A DNA stretch of 63,507 bases, filler included, from Hausera hauseri (Eukaryota): assembly GCA_046269625.1 (NCBI GenBank). It is 11 parts of 11 records of this genome, joined end to end, with 100 filler letters (N's around TTAATTAATTAA, not from the genome) between each part and the next. Parts side by side here need not be neighbours in the genome. Positions count along the whole stretch, not along the records: positions 59,537 to 63,507 come from JBJURY010849302.1; 10 more parts are not named here. One strand, 5' to 3'. Within the stretch, counting starts at the first letter, position 1. Every line of letters begins with the position of its first letter. A model generated the notes under the pieces. It was given only the letters and a program-made list of their open reading frames with translations. It searched no databases and had not been told where the DNA came from. Shown here piece after piece: positions 63,301-63,507 of the stretch. The position numbers and the translations under genes are program-made.

Positions 63301-63507
63301 ACATACACAAGCAATTTCTTGATGGTTATCGGAGTCCATTTGCTCTTCTTATCATGGCTGTCCTTAGCCTCGTGGATCAGCTTCTCTTGCGCATCTTGCA
63401 TCCATTCTGCTATATTGGGTGTTTTCCAATATGGGTCTATTTCTGGTTTTGAAGGCCCTTTTGGACTCTTCGCCATCAACATTGACGTATGTGGCCTCAA
63501 GTTTCAT
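60389..63507 (-). pseudogene. Polinton/Maverick-type protein-primed PolB, copy C (endonuclease VII-like domain through C-terminus)
   Basis: RGSSYIQLP, DHCHFTGAYRGAACNNCN, RKGVFPY, ANNLYGWAM, KLYNNSVFGKTMENIRKR, YMDTDSF, LGKF.NE, KRAKGV, TLPHGY. Confidence 0.93.

Overview
AT-rich eukaryotic (probably invertebrate) repeat DNA. It consists of 11 contigs joined by ten artificial 100-bp N-TTAATTAATTAA-N linkers, so adjacency across linkers is meaningless. The dominant content is five decayed, overlapping copies of one large Ty3/Gypsy LTR-retrotransposon family with an unusual layout. Tiling the copies gives: gag (CCHC), a ~1,300-aa helical region with a ubiquitin-like domain and an AT-hook-like motif, an internal signal sequence, a chuvirus-like (class III fusion) glycoprotein with TM anchor, a linker, then PR-RT-RNase H-integrase. 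This appears to have been one continuous ancestral ORF. It is followed by a second type-I membrane protein, a DEDDh/REX4-like exonuclease-fold ORF and a C3HC4 RING ORF (>=14.8 kb without LTRs). An env-like gene between gag and pol is the main novelty candidate. Also present are three decayed Polinton/Maverick-type protein-primed PolB copies (two inverted tail-to-tail), two mariner elements, a second Gypsy family (LTR-PBS-gag), CsRn1-like Gypsy fragments, a tRNA-derived SINE-like head, an INTS8+HECT gene-fragment chimera, an unknown ORF with a duplicated ~110-aa domain, and an intact 623-aa orphan ORF. All assignments are by-eye motif recognition; no searches were run.
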